Source: a virus (lineage: Duplodnaviria > Heunggongvirae > Uroviricota > Caudoviricetes). Taken from it: a stretch of DNA of 41,806 nt. Made by a program: the position numbers and the translations under genes. The stretch spans positions 1 to 41,806 of IMG/VR virus record IMGVR_UViG_2711768061_000003; one strand, 5' to 3'. Below, piece after piece: positions 30,173 through 38,419 of this stretch; position 1 is the stretch's first letter, and every line of letters begins with the position of its first letter. Below the pieces are notes generated by a model. That model was not told the DNA's origin. It made no database searches and worked only from the letters and a program-made list of their open reading frames with translations.

Positions 30173-31063
30173 TTATCGGTCATCGTGTTCACCCTCACGA
30201 ACTTTCAGGTAGGTATTATCGTTAAGCAGGAAATCAAATCCCTTTTTGTGCCAGACAGTTCCGCGTTGATGGTTTGGACGCTCTTCGAACATCCATCGGC
30301 AATTTTCGCCTACGTAGCTCAAATAATTTCTCCAGTCCTGCATCGTGAACCCATGCCCGTCAAGCTGGCGGGTTATCACTCCGGCTTTGCGCCAGAACGT
30401 TCGGATCTGGTTTTTACGCTTGTCATTCAGTGCGCGGATTCTTGGCGCTTCAGGAAGGATTTCGTGGTAAGCATCGACAACATCCTGACAGCTAACGGAA
30501 GGTTTTTTCTTGTCAGACTTTTTGTCTGCTGTGGCACTCTCTAATACGTCAGTATTAGAGATATTATTTATATTATTGTTTATGGACAACCGTTGGACAA
30601 CCGTTGGACAATCTCCGCTGAGAGCCGCGCCATTACTGGTGTTTGCGTTGGACAACCGTTGGACAACCGTTGGACAATTTTTTGCCTGAAAATCGTCATA
30701 TTTAACGATTGTAAACAGGCTAAATTTCTTCCCCATCGAGCAAATATTAAGCATCCCTTTCGACTCAAAAGTCCGTAATAAGCTCCGAACTTTGTTGTCG
30801 GGGATGAATGTTTCTCTGACCAGCGACGGGCGTCCAGTTATCATCTGACCGCGATCAACAGTTATCGGACCGATATCCGTATTGACGACAGTAGATTCGT
30901 GATTAGCCTTGAGGATTAAGTGAAGCCAAAGATGTACTGCCTGAGAGTCCTTATAGAGCCTGCTGTCCATAAACTGGCGGTGTATAGAGACATACCCCAT
31001 ACTGGATGCCTCCTGATGTTGTACAGGGTTATGCCTGTAATCAGCTAACTTAACGACGCCCAT
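30173..31063 (-). CDS. replication initiation protein (lambda O / P22 gp18-like) containing the origin iterons
   Basis: 296-aa ORF upstream of the helicase; nucleotide iterons inside the gene produce duplicated peptide CPTVVQRLSN. Confidence 0.8.
   Translation of the reverse strand: MGVVKLADYRHNPVQHQEASSMGYVSIHRQFMDSRLYKDSQAVHLWLHLILKANHESTVVNTDIGPITVDRGQMITGRPSLVRETFIPDNKVRSLLRTFESKGMLNICSMGKKFSLFTIVKYDDFQAKNCPTVVQRLSNANTSNGAALSGDCPTVVQRLSINNNINNISNTDVLESATADKKSDKKKPSVSCQDVVDAYHEILPEAPRIRALNDKRKNQIRTFWRKAGVITRQLDGHGFTMQDWRNYLSYVGENCRWMFEERPNHQRGTVWHKKGFDFLLNDNTYLKVREGEHDDR
30584..30679. repeat. replication origin iterons: two clusters of the 11-bp direct repeat GGACAACCGTT inside the initiator gene
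   Basis: Tandem copies at 30584-30613 and 30650-30679 with adjacent AT-rich stretch (30560-30583); arrangement analogous to lambda ori inside O. Confidence 0.7.
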
Positions 31064-31211
31064 GTTTCACTCCTGCTTTGGCTAGTCTGTAAACACCAAC
31101 AAGGCGCTCTGCGAACGCCCTGTTATTTGCTGCGGCTACCACTAATCCCTCAGGTGAATCAGGGTGTCGAATCTCTTCTTTTTCCTGGTATTTCTTACGA
31201 CGTTTTGTCAT
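31050..31211 (-). CDS. small basic hypothetical protein between cII-like and initiator genes
   Basis: 53-aa ORF (MTKRRKKYQEKEEIRHPDSPEG...) below the track length cut-off; ATG preceded by AGGAG with 5-nt spacing; 3' end overlaps the initiator start. Confidence 0.35.
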   Translation of the reverse strand: MTKRRKKYQEKEEIRHPDSPEGLVVAAANNRAFAERLVGVYRLAKAGVKHGRR

Positions 31212-31243
31212 AATGACTCCTGTGGATTGATCCAGTAATTCCC

Positions 31244-31540
31244 TCAGAATTGCATATCAATTTGCTTAGAGTCCCCGGCGGCCACCGGGGATTTTTTCTT
31301 TGTGATTTCATCAAGCGCATACTTAAAAGCCCTGCTAATCGGACTGATGTCTGATGCCATTCCGAAAGCACACAAGACCGAAGCAATAAATCTCCAGTCC
31401 GTTCTGCTTATCTTCGATTCATGACAGCCAATCATCTTTGCCAGACCGCGCTGGGTAAGCGTTGACAGGTTGATGAGTAAATCAGTTTCAGCGCGATCAA
31501 TTTCTCGCTGTGTTGGCTTGCTGTAGCTTGCTTGTGCCAT
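31244..31540 (-). CDS. CII-like transcriptional activator (P22 c1 equivalent)
   Basis: 98-aa ORF immediately downstream of cro; helix-turn-helix segment (LAKMIGCHESKISR) and position as lambda cII. Confidence 0.75.
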   Translation of the reverse strand: MAQASYSKPTQREIDRAETDLLINLSTLTQRGLAKMIGCHESKISRTDWRFIASVLCAFGMASDISPISRAFKYALDEITKKKSPVAAGDSKQIDMQF

Positions 31541-31609
31541 TTGTTAATTTACCTATATTGATATTGAGTTATAGCGGCACACCCAATGGATTTGCCGCTG
31601 ATGTTTGCT

Positions 31610-31649
31610 CACCCGGTTAGAGGTGAAAGGCCAGAACTGTTAAAGAGCA
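31610..31649 (-). promoter_or_regulatory. putative nutR (boxA-like TGCTCTTTAACA plus boxB-like hairpin)
   Basis: Minus-strand boxA-like sequence followed by hairpin TCACC-TCTAACC-GGGTGA between cro and the cII-like gene. Confidence 0.45.
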
Positions 31650-31655
31650 ATTTGC

Positions 31656-31841
31656 TTATGCCGCTTGGCGGTAAGCACTTTCTTGATACTTCAGGGCGCC
31701 AGCTGTAACGATTTCCAATCGATAGGCGTCTTTCTCTGGGATAACTTCTTTCCACTGAGAGACTGCTGCATCGCTAATGCCTAGTGCTTTAGCAACAGCA
31801 CGCTGGGTTCCGAAGTGGTCAATAACATCTTTTTTGTACAT
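31656..31841 (-). CDS. cro: Cro repressor (P22 type)
   Basis: 61-aa product MYKKDVIDHFGTQRAVAKALGISDAAVSQWKEVIPEKDAYRLEIVTAGALKYQ... essentially identical to P22 Cro as recalled. Confidence 0.95.
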   Translation of the reverse strand: MYKKDVIDHFGTQRAVAKALGISDAAVSQWKEVIPEKDAYRLEIVTAGALKYQESAYRQAA

Positions 31842-31921
31842 AGACTCGCTCCGAAATTAAAGAACACTTAAATTATCCACCAAAGGAATCTTAAGTCAAG
31901 TTTATTTAAGATGTCTTAACT
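31842..31921. promoter_or_regulatory. OR operator region with divergent PR/PRM promoters (P22-type 18-bp operators)
   Basis: Sites ATTAAAGAACACTTAAAT (31856-31873) and ATTTAAGATGTCTTAACT (31903-31920) fit the P22 operator pattern ANTNAAG-N4-CTTNANT; a weaker third site lies between. Confidence 0.75.
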
Positions 31922-32572
31922 ATGAATACACAACTGATGGGTGAGCGTATTCGCGCTCGCAGAAAAGAACTCAAGATTAGGCAGGCTGCCCTTGGCAAGA
32001 TGGTTGGCGTGTCTAATGTTGCTATTTCCCAATGGGAGCGATCTGAAACTGAGCCCAATGGCGAAAACCTATTGGCCTTAGCCAAGGCTTTGCAGTGCTC
32101 CCCTGATTACCTGTTGAAAGGAGAGGATAGTCTTTCAAACATTGCCTATCACAGCAGGCATGATCCAAGAGGTTCGTATCCTCTAATTAGTTGGGTAAGC
32201 GCAGGATGTTGGATGGAAGCTGTAGAGCCATATCATAGGCGTGCAATAGATAACTGGTACGACACAACGGTAGATTGTTCTGAAGACTCTTTTTGGCTCG
32301 ACGTTAAAGGCGATTCAATGACTGCCCCGGCAGGACTGAGTATTCCTGAGGGGATGATTATTCTCGTCGACCCAGAAGTCGAACCACGTAATGGAAAGCT
32401 GGTAGTCGCCAAACTTGAAGGAGAAAACGAGGCGACATTCAAAAAGTTAGTTATTGATGCCGGTAGAAAATTCCTGAAACCACTCAATCCACAATACCCA
32501 ATGATTGAAATCAATGGGAACTGTAAAATCATTGGCGTTGTCGTTGATGCCAAGCTAGCAAACCTTCCTTAA
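31922..32572 (+). CDS. c2: C2 repressor (P22 immC, LexA-like autocleaving repressor)
   Basis: 216-aa product with N-terminal HTH (QAALGKMVGVSNVAISQWERS) and C-terminal S24 peptidase-like domain (GDSM...K), matching P22 C2 as recalled. Confidence 0.95.
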   Translation: MNTQLMGERIRARRKELKIRQAALGKMVGVSNVAISQWERSETEPNGENLLALAKALQCSPDYLLKGEDSLSNIAYHSRHDPRGSYPLISWVSAGCWMEAVEPYHRRAIDNWYDTTVDCSEDSFWLDVKGDSMTAPAGLSIPEGMIILVDPEVEPRNGKLVVAKLEGENEATFKKLVIDAGRKFLKPLNPQYPMIEINGNCKIIGVVVDAKLANLP

Positions 32573-32596
32573 GGGGCTTTCGCCCCTTTTTTATTT
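32571..32596 (+). terminator. rho-independent terminator after c2
   Basis: Hairpin AAGGGGC-TTTC-GCCCCTT followed by a T-run. Confidence 0.6.
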
Positions 32597-32659
32597 CCCG
32601 TTAAAAATCAAAGACAAACTAAATTCACGTCCATAAAATTAAGTTTTCTTCAAAAATGC

Positions 32660-32700
32660 ACTTGACCAATAAATTAAGAAGTCTTAAATTTAAGCCATCA
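32660..32700 (+). promoter_or_regulatory. OL/PL region (P22-type operator AATTAAGAAGTCTTAAAT overlapping a TTGACC -35 element)
   Basis: Operator matching the same 18-bp pattern as OR; TTGACC at 32662-32667 with an AT-rich -10 candidate about 17 bp downstream. Confidence 0.55.
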
Positions 32701-32736
32701 GCAGGACGCTGGAAGCCAAACGGAACAGATTGGCAG

Positions 32737-32776
32737 GCTCTTTAACATCGACGGACTCTCAACCTAACCGTTGAGA
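32737..32776 (+). promoter_or_regulatory. putative nutL (boxA-like GCTCTTTAACA plus boxB-like hairpin TCTCAAC-CTAACC-GTTGAGA)
   Basis: Same boxA-like core as the putative nutR; the hairpin loop shares CTAACC with the nutR hairpin. Confidence 0.5.
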
Positions 32777-32886
32777 CCAGAACTTGAGTGGTTTTGGGGA
32801 TGGCGCGAATTGCAGCTGCAAGACAGCGATCGAGAAGATAAGCACCTCGACGCGTCATGCGCCAAAGCCACTTAAAGGAGACCATC

Positions 32887-33159
32887 ATGGTAACCATTGT
32901 CTGGAAAGAATCCAAAGGTACGGCAAAAAGCCGCTACAAAGCTCGCAGAGCAGAACTTATTGCCGAGCGACGCAGTAATGAAGCACTGGCGCGAAAAATT
33001 GCGCTAAAGCTCTCTGGTTGCGTCAGAGCAGACAAAGCAGCATCACTAGGAAGCCTTTGCTGCAAGAAGGCAGATGAATGCAGTGGAAGTATTTGCCTGC
33101 CAAACGTAGCTATTTACGCGGCAGGCTACCGGAAATCAAAACAACTGACGGCGAGGTGA
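32887..33159 (+). CDS. N-like antiterminator (P22 gene 24-like)
   Basis: 90-aa basic product with arginine-rich N-terminus (GTAKSRYKARRAELIAERR) and C-terminus YAAGYRKSKQLTAR resembling P22 gp24 as recalled; AGGAG RBS upstream of the chosen ATG. Confidence 0.8.
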   Translation: MVTIVWKESKGTAKSRYKARRAELIAERRSNEALARKIALKLSGCVRADKAASLGSLCCKKADECSGSICLPNVAIYAAGYRKSKQLTAR

Positions 33160-33180
33160 CGATCCCCCGCCGTCGAGGAA

Positions 33181-33720
33181 CTAAATTAGCTCATCAGCTT
33201 TACCAGCAAAGCGCATATAACACTCATGGAACCAGACGTCAGGTATAACAAATTTCTCTTTACCTGACGCGCTGTAAGTCACACCTGAGCGATGGAGAAG
33301 GCCTTTTCTCATAAGAGATAAAGCGACCGGATCGCCGTGCTTAAGTACGATTTTGTTATTTGCCATAACAGCAAATGCTAAAACCTCTTTTTCCTGAATA
33401 CTCAGAGAATTGAACAGGCGCTCAGTCTCCACAATTACTTTAGCCTCATCTCTCTTACTGAGATATTTTTTATATCTGTCTGAAGATGCCAGAAATATAA
33501 ACTCCATCACCCTGTTCAGAACATAACTGATACACAAAAGCATTGCGTAATACATCCAGTGATCTGGAAGTATTTCTGGGTTCCTTATATCTACCCACTC
33601 TTTAATTGATGCAGGGGTGATTATTATCAAGGCAATTAAAATAATAAGCATATGAATTAACTGTTGTAGCGTAAGACCACGCAGGAAGAAACGTAATAGT
33701 TCCTGCCACCAGTTACTCAT
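33181..33720 (-). CDS. sieB: superinfection exclusion protein B (SieB-like), membrane protein
   Basis: 179-aa ORF with two N-terminal hydrophobic helices, located antisense within the PL operon next to the N-like gene. Confidence 0.65.
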   Translation of the reverse strand: MSNWWQELLRFFLRGLTLQQLIHMLIILIALIIITPASIKEWVDIRNPEILPDHWMYYAMLLCISYVLNRVMEFIFLASSDRYKKYLSKRDEAKVIVETERLFNSLSIQEKEVLAFAVMANNKIVLKHGDPVALSLMRKGLLHRSGVTYSASGKEKFVIPDVWFHECYMRFAGKADELI

Positions 33721-33937
33721 CGGTGAATCTCCATCATTCTCTCTGTAGGGGGTGAATAGAGTTTATCCGATTTCTCGCTGTAGGGGTACACGAGAACCAC
33801 CGAGCCTGATGTGGTTAAAAGACAGGCATACGAATAAACACTGCACTGTGTATTCATTCCAACGAGTGAATACACGGAGCAATGTCGCTCGTAACTAAAC
33901 AGGAGCCGACTTGTTCTGATTATTGGAAATCTTCTTT

Positions 33938-33964
33938 GCCCTCCAATGTGAGGGCGATTTTTTA
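33938..33964 (+). terminator. rho-independent terminator (tL1-like) just upstream of the next early-left gene
   Basis: Hairpin GCCCTC-CAATGT-GAGGGC followed by GATTTTTTA. Confidence 0.55.
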
Positions 33965-33983
33965 TCTGTGAGGATATGAACAG

Positions 33984-34352
33984 ATGTCAAACATCAAAAA
34001 ATACATCATTGATTACGACTGGAAAGCATCAATAGAAATTGAAATCGACCATGACGTAATGACAGAGGAAAAACTTCACCAGATTAATAATTTCTGGTCA
34101 GACTCTGAATACCGACTCAATAAACACGGCGCTGTATTAAATGCTGTATTAATCATGCTGGCGCAACATGCTCTGCTTATAGCAATTTCGAAAGACTTAA
34201 ATGCATATGGTGTTGTTTGTGAGTTCGACTGGGATGATGGAAATGGTCAGGAAGGATGGCCTCCAATGGATGGTAGTGAAGGAATAAGAATTACCGATAT
34301 CGATACATCAGGAATATTTGATTCAGATGATATGACTATCAAAGCCGCCTGA
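33984..34352 (+). CDS. acidic hypothetical early protein
   Basis: 122-aa ORF in the PL operon downstream of the N-like gene; no recognisable motif. Confidence 0.5.
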   Translation: MSNIKKYIIDYDWKASIEIEIDHDVMTEEKLHQINNFWSDSEYRLNKHGAVLNAVLIMLAQHALLIAISKDLNAYGVVCEFDWDDGNGQEGWPPMDGSEGIRITDIDTSGIFDSDDMTIKAA

Positions 34353-34427
34353 GCGCGGCTTTACCGCATACCAATAACGCTTCACTCGAGGCGTTTTCGT
34401 TATGCAATCAAATATAAGGAGTTACCC

Positions 34428-34562
34428 ATGATGCACTTTCAGCTCGCGGGTAGCGGCGTCATGTCCGCTTTCTACCCGCACGAATCTGAATTATCACGCC
34501 GAGTTAAACAATTAATCAGAGCAGCAAAGAAACAACTGGAGGCGTTATGCGCAATGAAATAG
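34428..34562 (+). CDS. small protein, possibly CIII-like (P22 c3-like)
   Basis: 44-aa ORF with AAGGAG RBS; amphipathic central helix (ESELSRRVKQLIRAAKKQLEAL) reminiscent of lambda CIII. Confidence 0.4.
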   Translation: MMHFQLAGSGVMSAFYPHESELSRRVKQLIRAAKKQLEALCAMK

Positions 34563-34699
34563 CCATCAATCACCAGATGCTTCGTGCGGCACAAAACAAA
34601 GCAGTAATAGCCAGATTTATTGGTGATTCCAAAATGTGGCTTGAAGCAAATAAAGAGATGAAATTAGCTATCAACCTTCCATGGTATCGCAGGAAATGA
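34547..34699 (+). CDS. small protein, possibly Kil-like
   Basis: 50-aa ORF containing ARFIGDSKMWLEA, resembling the lambda Kil motif FIGDEKMF as recalled; overlaps the neighbouring small ORFs. Confidence 0.4.
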   Translation: MRNEIAINHQMLRAAQNKAVIARFIGDSKMWLEANKEMKLAINLPWYRRK

Positions 34700-34854
34700 G
34701 TTTTACAGATAACTGGTCAGACGAAGAATTCATTCGTCAGATGAAAGAATTAATCGGTAACGAAGGAGATATTCATGTCACTTGCAACCACAGTGAAGGA
34801 GAGCAAGTTACAGAGGCGCATGTACACGCAGAAAGCTCTCTGGTATCGACATAA
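34696..34854 (+). CDS. small hypothetical protein upstream of erf (possible arf-like accessory recombination gene)
   Basis: 52-aa ORF whose ATG overlaps the upstream stop (ATGA). Confidence 0.3.
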   Translation: MSFTDNWSDEEFIRQMKELIGNEGDIHVTCNHSEGEQVTEAHVHAESSLVST

Positions 34855-34955
34855 TGGCGACCGCGAAGGAATGCGGGTATGCCTTAACTTGTCCCGAGTC
34901 GAAGTATTAAATCAGCGTTATTTCCTTGGGCCGTGTCCATTCTGAGAACAATCAT

Positions 34956-35561
34956 ATGAGCAAAGAATTTTACGCAAGACTGGCAGCTATTCAGGAGAAT
35001 CTGAACGCGCCAAAGAATCAGTACAACTCATTCGGTAAATATAAATACAGAAGCTGCGAAGACATTCTTGAAGGCGTTAAGCCGTTACTGAATGGCCTGT
35101 TTTTATCAATCAGCGATGAAGTTGTGTTGATTGGTGATCGGTATTACGTGAAAGCCACGGCAACTATTACCGATGGCGAAAACAGTCATACGGCAACCGC
35201 CCTTGCACGAGAGGAAGAAAGCAAGAAAGGAATGGATTCTGCACAAGTTACGGGAGCTACAAGCTCTTATGCACGCAAGTATTGCCTCAATGGTTTGTTC
35301 GGCATTGATGATGCGAAAGATGCAGATACCGACGAGCATAAACATCAGCAGAACGCAGCAGCAAAGCAATCAAAACTATCACCTACACCTGAACAGGTTC
35401 TAAAAGCATTCACTGACGCAGCATTGCAGAAAAACACCGTGGAAGAGCTTAAACAGGCGTTCGCCAAAGCGTGGAAGATGCTCGAAGGCACACCGGAGCA
35501 GCACAAAGCGCAGGACGTTTACAACATCAGACGAGACGAATTAGAAGGAGCTGCTGCTTAA
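34956..35561 (+). CDS. erf: Erf-family single-strand annealing recombinase
   Basis: Position and size as P22 Erf; start chosen at the internal Met (MSKEFYARLAAIQENL...). Confidence 0.8.
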   Translation: MSKEFYARLAAIQENLNAPKNQYNSFGKYKYRSCEDILEGVKPLLNGLFLSISDEVVLIGDRYYVKATATITDGENSHTATALAREEESKKGMDSAQVTGATSSYARKYCLNGLFGIDDAKDADTDEHKHQQNAAAKQSKLSPTPEQVLKAFTDAALQKNTVEELKQAFAKAWKMLEGTPEQHKAQDVYNIRRDELEGAAA

Positions 35562-35944
35562 TGGCACATTCGATTACTGTAAGACTAAACAAGCCCGCAA
35601 GAGAGTTTCAGGCCGGGGAAAATATCGGATTCAACATCCGTGCTGGCGTTCAGTATTACGATCGCCAGACAAAAAAGAAAGAATGGACAAACTACAGCGC
35701 CGTTGTATTTGCCAAGCCAGGAGCGCAAGCGGATTACTACCGTAGCGTTCTTGTTGAAGGTGGCATTGTGGAAATTACCGGAGAAAACATCAGGGTTGAT
35801 GTTTATCAGGGGCAAAATGGTCAATCAATTACTCTTGAATTACTGAATGCAAAGATTGGATTTACAGCTTCAGGAAATGGCCCGCAGCAGCAAAGTAGTA
35901 ACCAGCAGAACACTCCTGTATACGACGATTCCATCCCATTCTGA
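35561..35944 (+). CDS. SSB-like protein with C-terminal acidic tail DDSIPF
   Basis: 127-aa product; ATG overlaps the erf stop; Gly/Gln-rich linker and C-terminal ...YDDSIPF resembling the bacterial SSB tail (DDDIPF). Confidence 0.55.
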   Translation: MAHSITVRLNKPAREFQAGENIGFNIRAGVQYYDRQTKKKEWTNYSAVVFAKPGAQADYYRSVLVEGGIVEITGENIRVDVYQGQNGQSITLELLNAKIGFTASGNGPQQQSSNQQNTPVYDDSIPF

Positions 35945-35967
35945 TATAGAAAAATAAGGATTCCATT

Positions 35968-36264
35968 ATGCCAGCGCCTCTGTATGGTGAGGATGACCCA
36001 CGCCGATGTTCCGGCAATTCCGTATCGGAGGTGCTGGATAAATTCAGAAAAAACTACGACCGGATAATGTCTCTACCGCAGGAAACGAAAGAGGAAAAGG
36101 AATTTCGCCACTGTATATGGCTTGCAGAGAAAGAAGAACGCGAGCGAATTTACCAGACATCAATCCGACCATTCCGCAAAGCCACATATACCCACTTCCC
36201 TGAATATATCGACCCGCGCCTGCGTAATTACCGCTCACGCTATGGCGCTATCAGTAATGACTGA
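35968..36264 (+). CDS. hypothetical protein (possible Abc2-like anti-RecBCD by position only)
   Basis: 98-aa ORF downstream of the erf module. Confidence 0.4.
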   Translation: MPAPLYGEDDPRRCSGNSVSEVLDKFRKNYDRIMSLPQETKEEKEFRHCIWLAEKEERERIYQTSIRPFRKATYTHFPEYIDPRLRNYRSRYGAISND

Positions 36265-36274
36265 GGAATTAACA

Positions 36275-36565
36275 ATGAAAACAATGAAGCTAAACATCGA
36301 CCTCGGAAAATACGTTATTACCGGAACAAAACACGATCTGATTCTTAGCGAAAGAGGAATTATCAAAGAAGGCGAGAATGCAGGGAAAGAAACACTAAGC
36401 CGTATCGGTTATTACAGCAAGTTTGAGCATCTGGTTAAAGAGTTATGCAACCGTGAAATCCTGTTATCTCAGGCGCAGACGCTACAGGATATTCAGCAAC
36501 ATATCGAGACTTTAGGTGTGTCACTTAGCATGGCTATTGACCAGTTCGTGGAGAGTAAATCATGA
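36275..36565 (+). CDS. hypothetical protein
   Basis: 96-aa product from an internal ATG of the 36122-36565 track ORF ([11 protein letters not shown]...). Confidence 0.5.
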   Translation: MKTMKLNIDLGKYVITGTKHDLILSERGIIKEGENAGKETLSRIGYYSKFEHLVKELCNREILLSQAQTLQDIQQHIETLGVSLSMAIDQFVESKS

Positions 36566-36726
36566 GAGGGCTTGCATACAATCCCGGCATTCTTCCGGCA
36601 GAAATGATTATTCGCCAACGCGTAAAGCCAATGCCATCGAGAGAGGAATTGCTTAAGAGAAATTCTTTTCCATCAGTGAATCAAAACAAATATCTGAATG
36701 CGATGTTGCGGAGTGGGAAGAAATGA
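36562..36726 (+). CDS. small hypothetical protein
   Basis: 54-aa ORF coupled by ATGA overlaps to both neighbours. Confidence 0.3.
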   Translation: MRGLAYNPGILPAEMIIRQRVKPMPSREELLKRNSFPSVNQNKYLNAMLRSGKK

Positions 36727-37139
36727 AACAAATGTCACTAATTGAGATGGATGGATTCCTGAAAGGTAAATGCATCCCCCGAGATTTAAAGGTTAACGAA
36801 ACAAACGCTGAATATCTGGTGCGTAAATTTGCTGAAGCGGAGGCCAAGTGCGCGGCGCTGGCGGCGGAGAATGCGGAAATGCATGAAACTATTGAAGCCG
36901 TTCGGAGTGTTGCGGATAACTCCAGTGGAATTGCCGGATGGCATTTGAATGGCGATATCGCTACATGGGAAGAGATTCTTCCTGAAATTAACGATATCGA
37001 AACCACAGCCACCGACGCTTTCCTGGCTGAAGTTCGGGCGCAGGGGGTGGAAATGTTTGCGGAGTGTGCATACACACTTGAACATCATGATCACGCAGTA
37101 GCTTTTGCCGCCGAGCTACGCAAAGGAGGCAACCAGTGA
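36723..37139 (+). CDS. acidic hypothetical protein
   Basis: 138-aa ORF in the coupled early-left gene array. Confidence 0.5.
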   Translation: MKQMSLIEMDGFLKGKCIPRDLKVNETNAEYLVRKFAEAEAKCAALAAENAEMHETIEAVRSVADNSSGIAGWHLNGDIATWEEILPEINDIETTATDAFLAEVRAQGVEMFAECAYTLEHHDHAVAFAAELRKGGNQ

Positions 37140-37828
37140 GTGAAATTAACTATCAGGCACTGCGTGATGCGGCAGAGAAAGCAACGTGGGGAGACTGGGA
37201 CTCATATAAACCACACCGTGGCGCACGTGGTTATGAGGTCCGACTAAGTAGTCAGGCCATTGCGCAACACGTTCTGAAAAACAACGCTGAATTTATTGCT
37301 GCCTTTAATCCAAAGGTTGCTTTGGCACTACTGGATGAATGGGAAAGAAACCAGCAATACATCAAACGCCGCGACCAGGAGAACGAGGATATTGCGCTTA
37401 CGGTTGGGAAGCTGCGCGTTGAGCTGGAAGGCAAAGACAGCAAAATAGCCAATCTTACCGCCGAACGCGATGCTCTTCGTGAAGGTGAGATGGGCGACGC
37501 TAGGCATAGCAACACACGGGCCGCAGCTGATATCTACTTCCAACTGGTCGAGGAGTGCGAAATTCCTGCTGGCGGATCTCTGGTCGAGTACGTTGACGAT
37601 ATGCGCGAGAAGCTGGAAGCCGCAGAGAAGCGCATAGCAGAGTTAGAAAGTGATTCTCAGGCACAAAAGTTAGTTGAAGCAATCATTGTTGCGATAGAAA
37701 ACGAACAGGAACGTCTTTTTGATGAAGATTACCTAATGGATTCGAAAGAATGCATTGACGTAATTCGTGAAGAAGTAAAGCGATGGAATGATTCCCGCAC
37801 CGCTGGCATTCGCATCAAAGGAGAGTGA
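37136..37828 (+). CDS. Ead/Ea22-like protein
   Basis: 230-aa ORF; N-terminus EINYQALRDAAEKATWGDW and coiled-coil middle typical of Ead/Ea22-like proteins of lambdoid phages. Confidence 0.65.
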   Translation: MSEINYQALRDAAEKATWGDWDSYKPHRGARGYEVRLSSQAIAQHVLKNNAEFIAAFNPKVALALLDEWERNQQYIKRRDQENEDIALTVGKLRVELEGKDSKIANLTAERDALREGEMGDARHSNTRAAADIYFQLVEECEIPAGGSLVEYVDDMREKLEAAEKRIAELESDSQAQKLVEAIIVAIENEQERLFDEDYLMDSKECIDVIREEVKRWNDSRTAGIRIKGE

Positions 37829-37829
37829 T

Positions 37830-38417
37830 ATGACCCCTTTAACCGATAAGAAACAGTATCCCAGCGAGCAATATCTTAATGAGCTGATCACCAACATAGA
37901 GTTTGCTGCAAGGGCACCAGTTGAAGTCGTGAGAGCAATGGCAGCAGAGCTACAGAAGCGGCGCGAAGCTGATAGCGCAGAACCAGTTGCTTATATTTTC
38001 AAACATCCGGCCGGAAAATTATTCTGGGCTTTGACGGATGAAAGCAATAAAGATCAATCGGACGTTATTCCTGTTTATGCTGCCTCACCTGCACCGATAG
38101 CGTCGGAGGCCATTGAAAACGCTATTGAATACATCCGCAGTATCGTTTTTCACATCGATGAAGACGATTACCACGGCAAACATATTGCGTATTTCATGCG
38201 ACAAGCATTGGCCTGGCTGGAAGGGCATTCATGCAGTGATGACAGTCAGGGCAAATCCGATAATTCACCATTGCCGCGCTACCAGGTGATCGAATTAACA
38301 ATGCTGGTTAAACAATTGGTCAGCCAACTGAAAAAAGCAAAACCTGATTGCAAATTACCTGATAGGGCGATGGATTATCTTTTGCGAAACGGACTGGTAA
38401 GTGCGGAGGGGGTTTAA
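37830..38417 (+). CDS. hypothetical protein
   Basis: 195-aa product from an internal ATG (MTPLTDKKQYPSEQYLNELI...). Confidence 0.55.
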   Translation: MTPLTDKKQYPSEQYLNELITNIEFAARAPVEVVRAMAAELQKRREADSAEPVAYIFKHPAGKLFWALTDESNKDQSDVIPVYAASPAPIASEAIENAIEYIRSIVFHIDEDDYHGKHIAYFMRQALAWLEGHSCSDDSQGKSDNSPLPRYQVIELTMLVKQLVSQLKKAKPDCKLPDRAMDYLLRNGLVSAEGV

Positions 38418-38419
38418 CG

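Noticed and set aside
28817-30176. Possibility that the helicase gene is N-terminally truncated or frameshifted (420 aa versus about 458 aa for P22 gp12)
   Set aside because: An in-frame stop lies 5 codons upstream of the ATG at 30079 and no upstream fragment ORF in another frame was evident; treated as an intact but shorter helicase.
30584-30679. Possible CRISPR array from short direct repeats
   Set aside because: Repeats are only 11 bp, tandem without unique spacers, and lie inside the replication initiator gene; they are origin iterons.
36653-37075. 140-aa minus-strand ORF (and the 102-aa ORF at 36786-37094)
   Set aside because: Antisense to the coupled early-left gene array; Ser/Ala-rich shadow frames.
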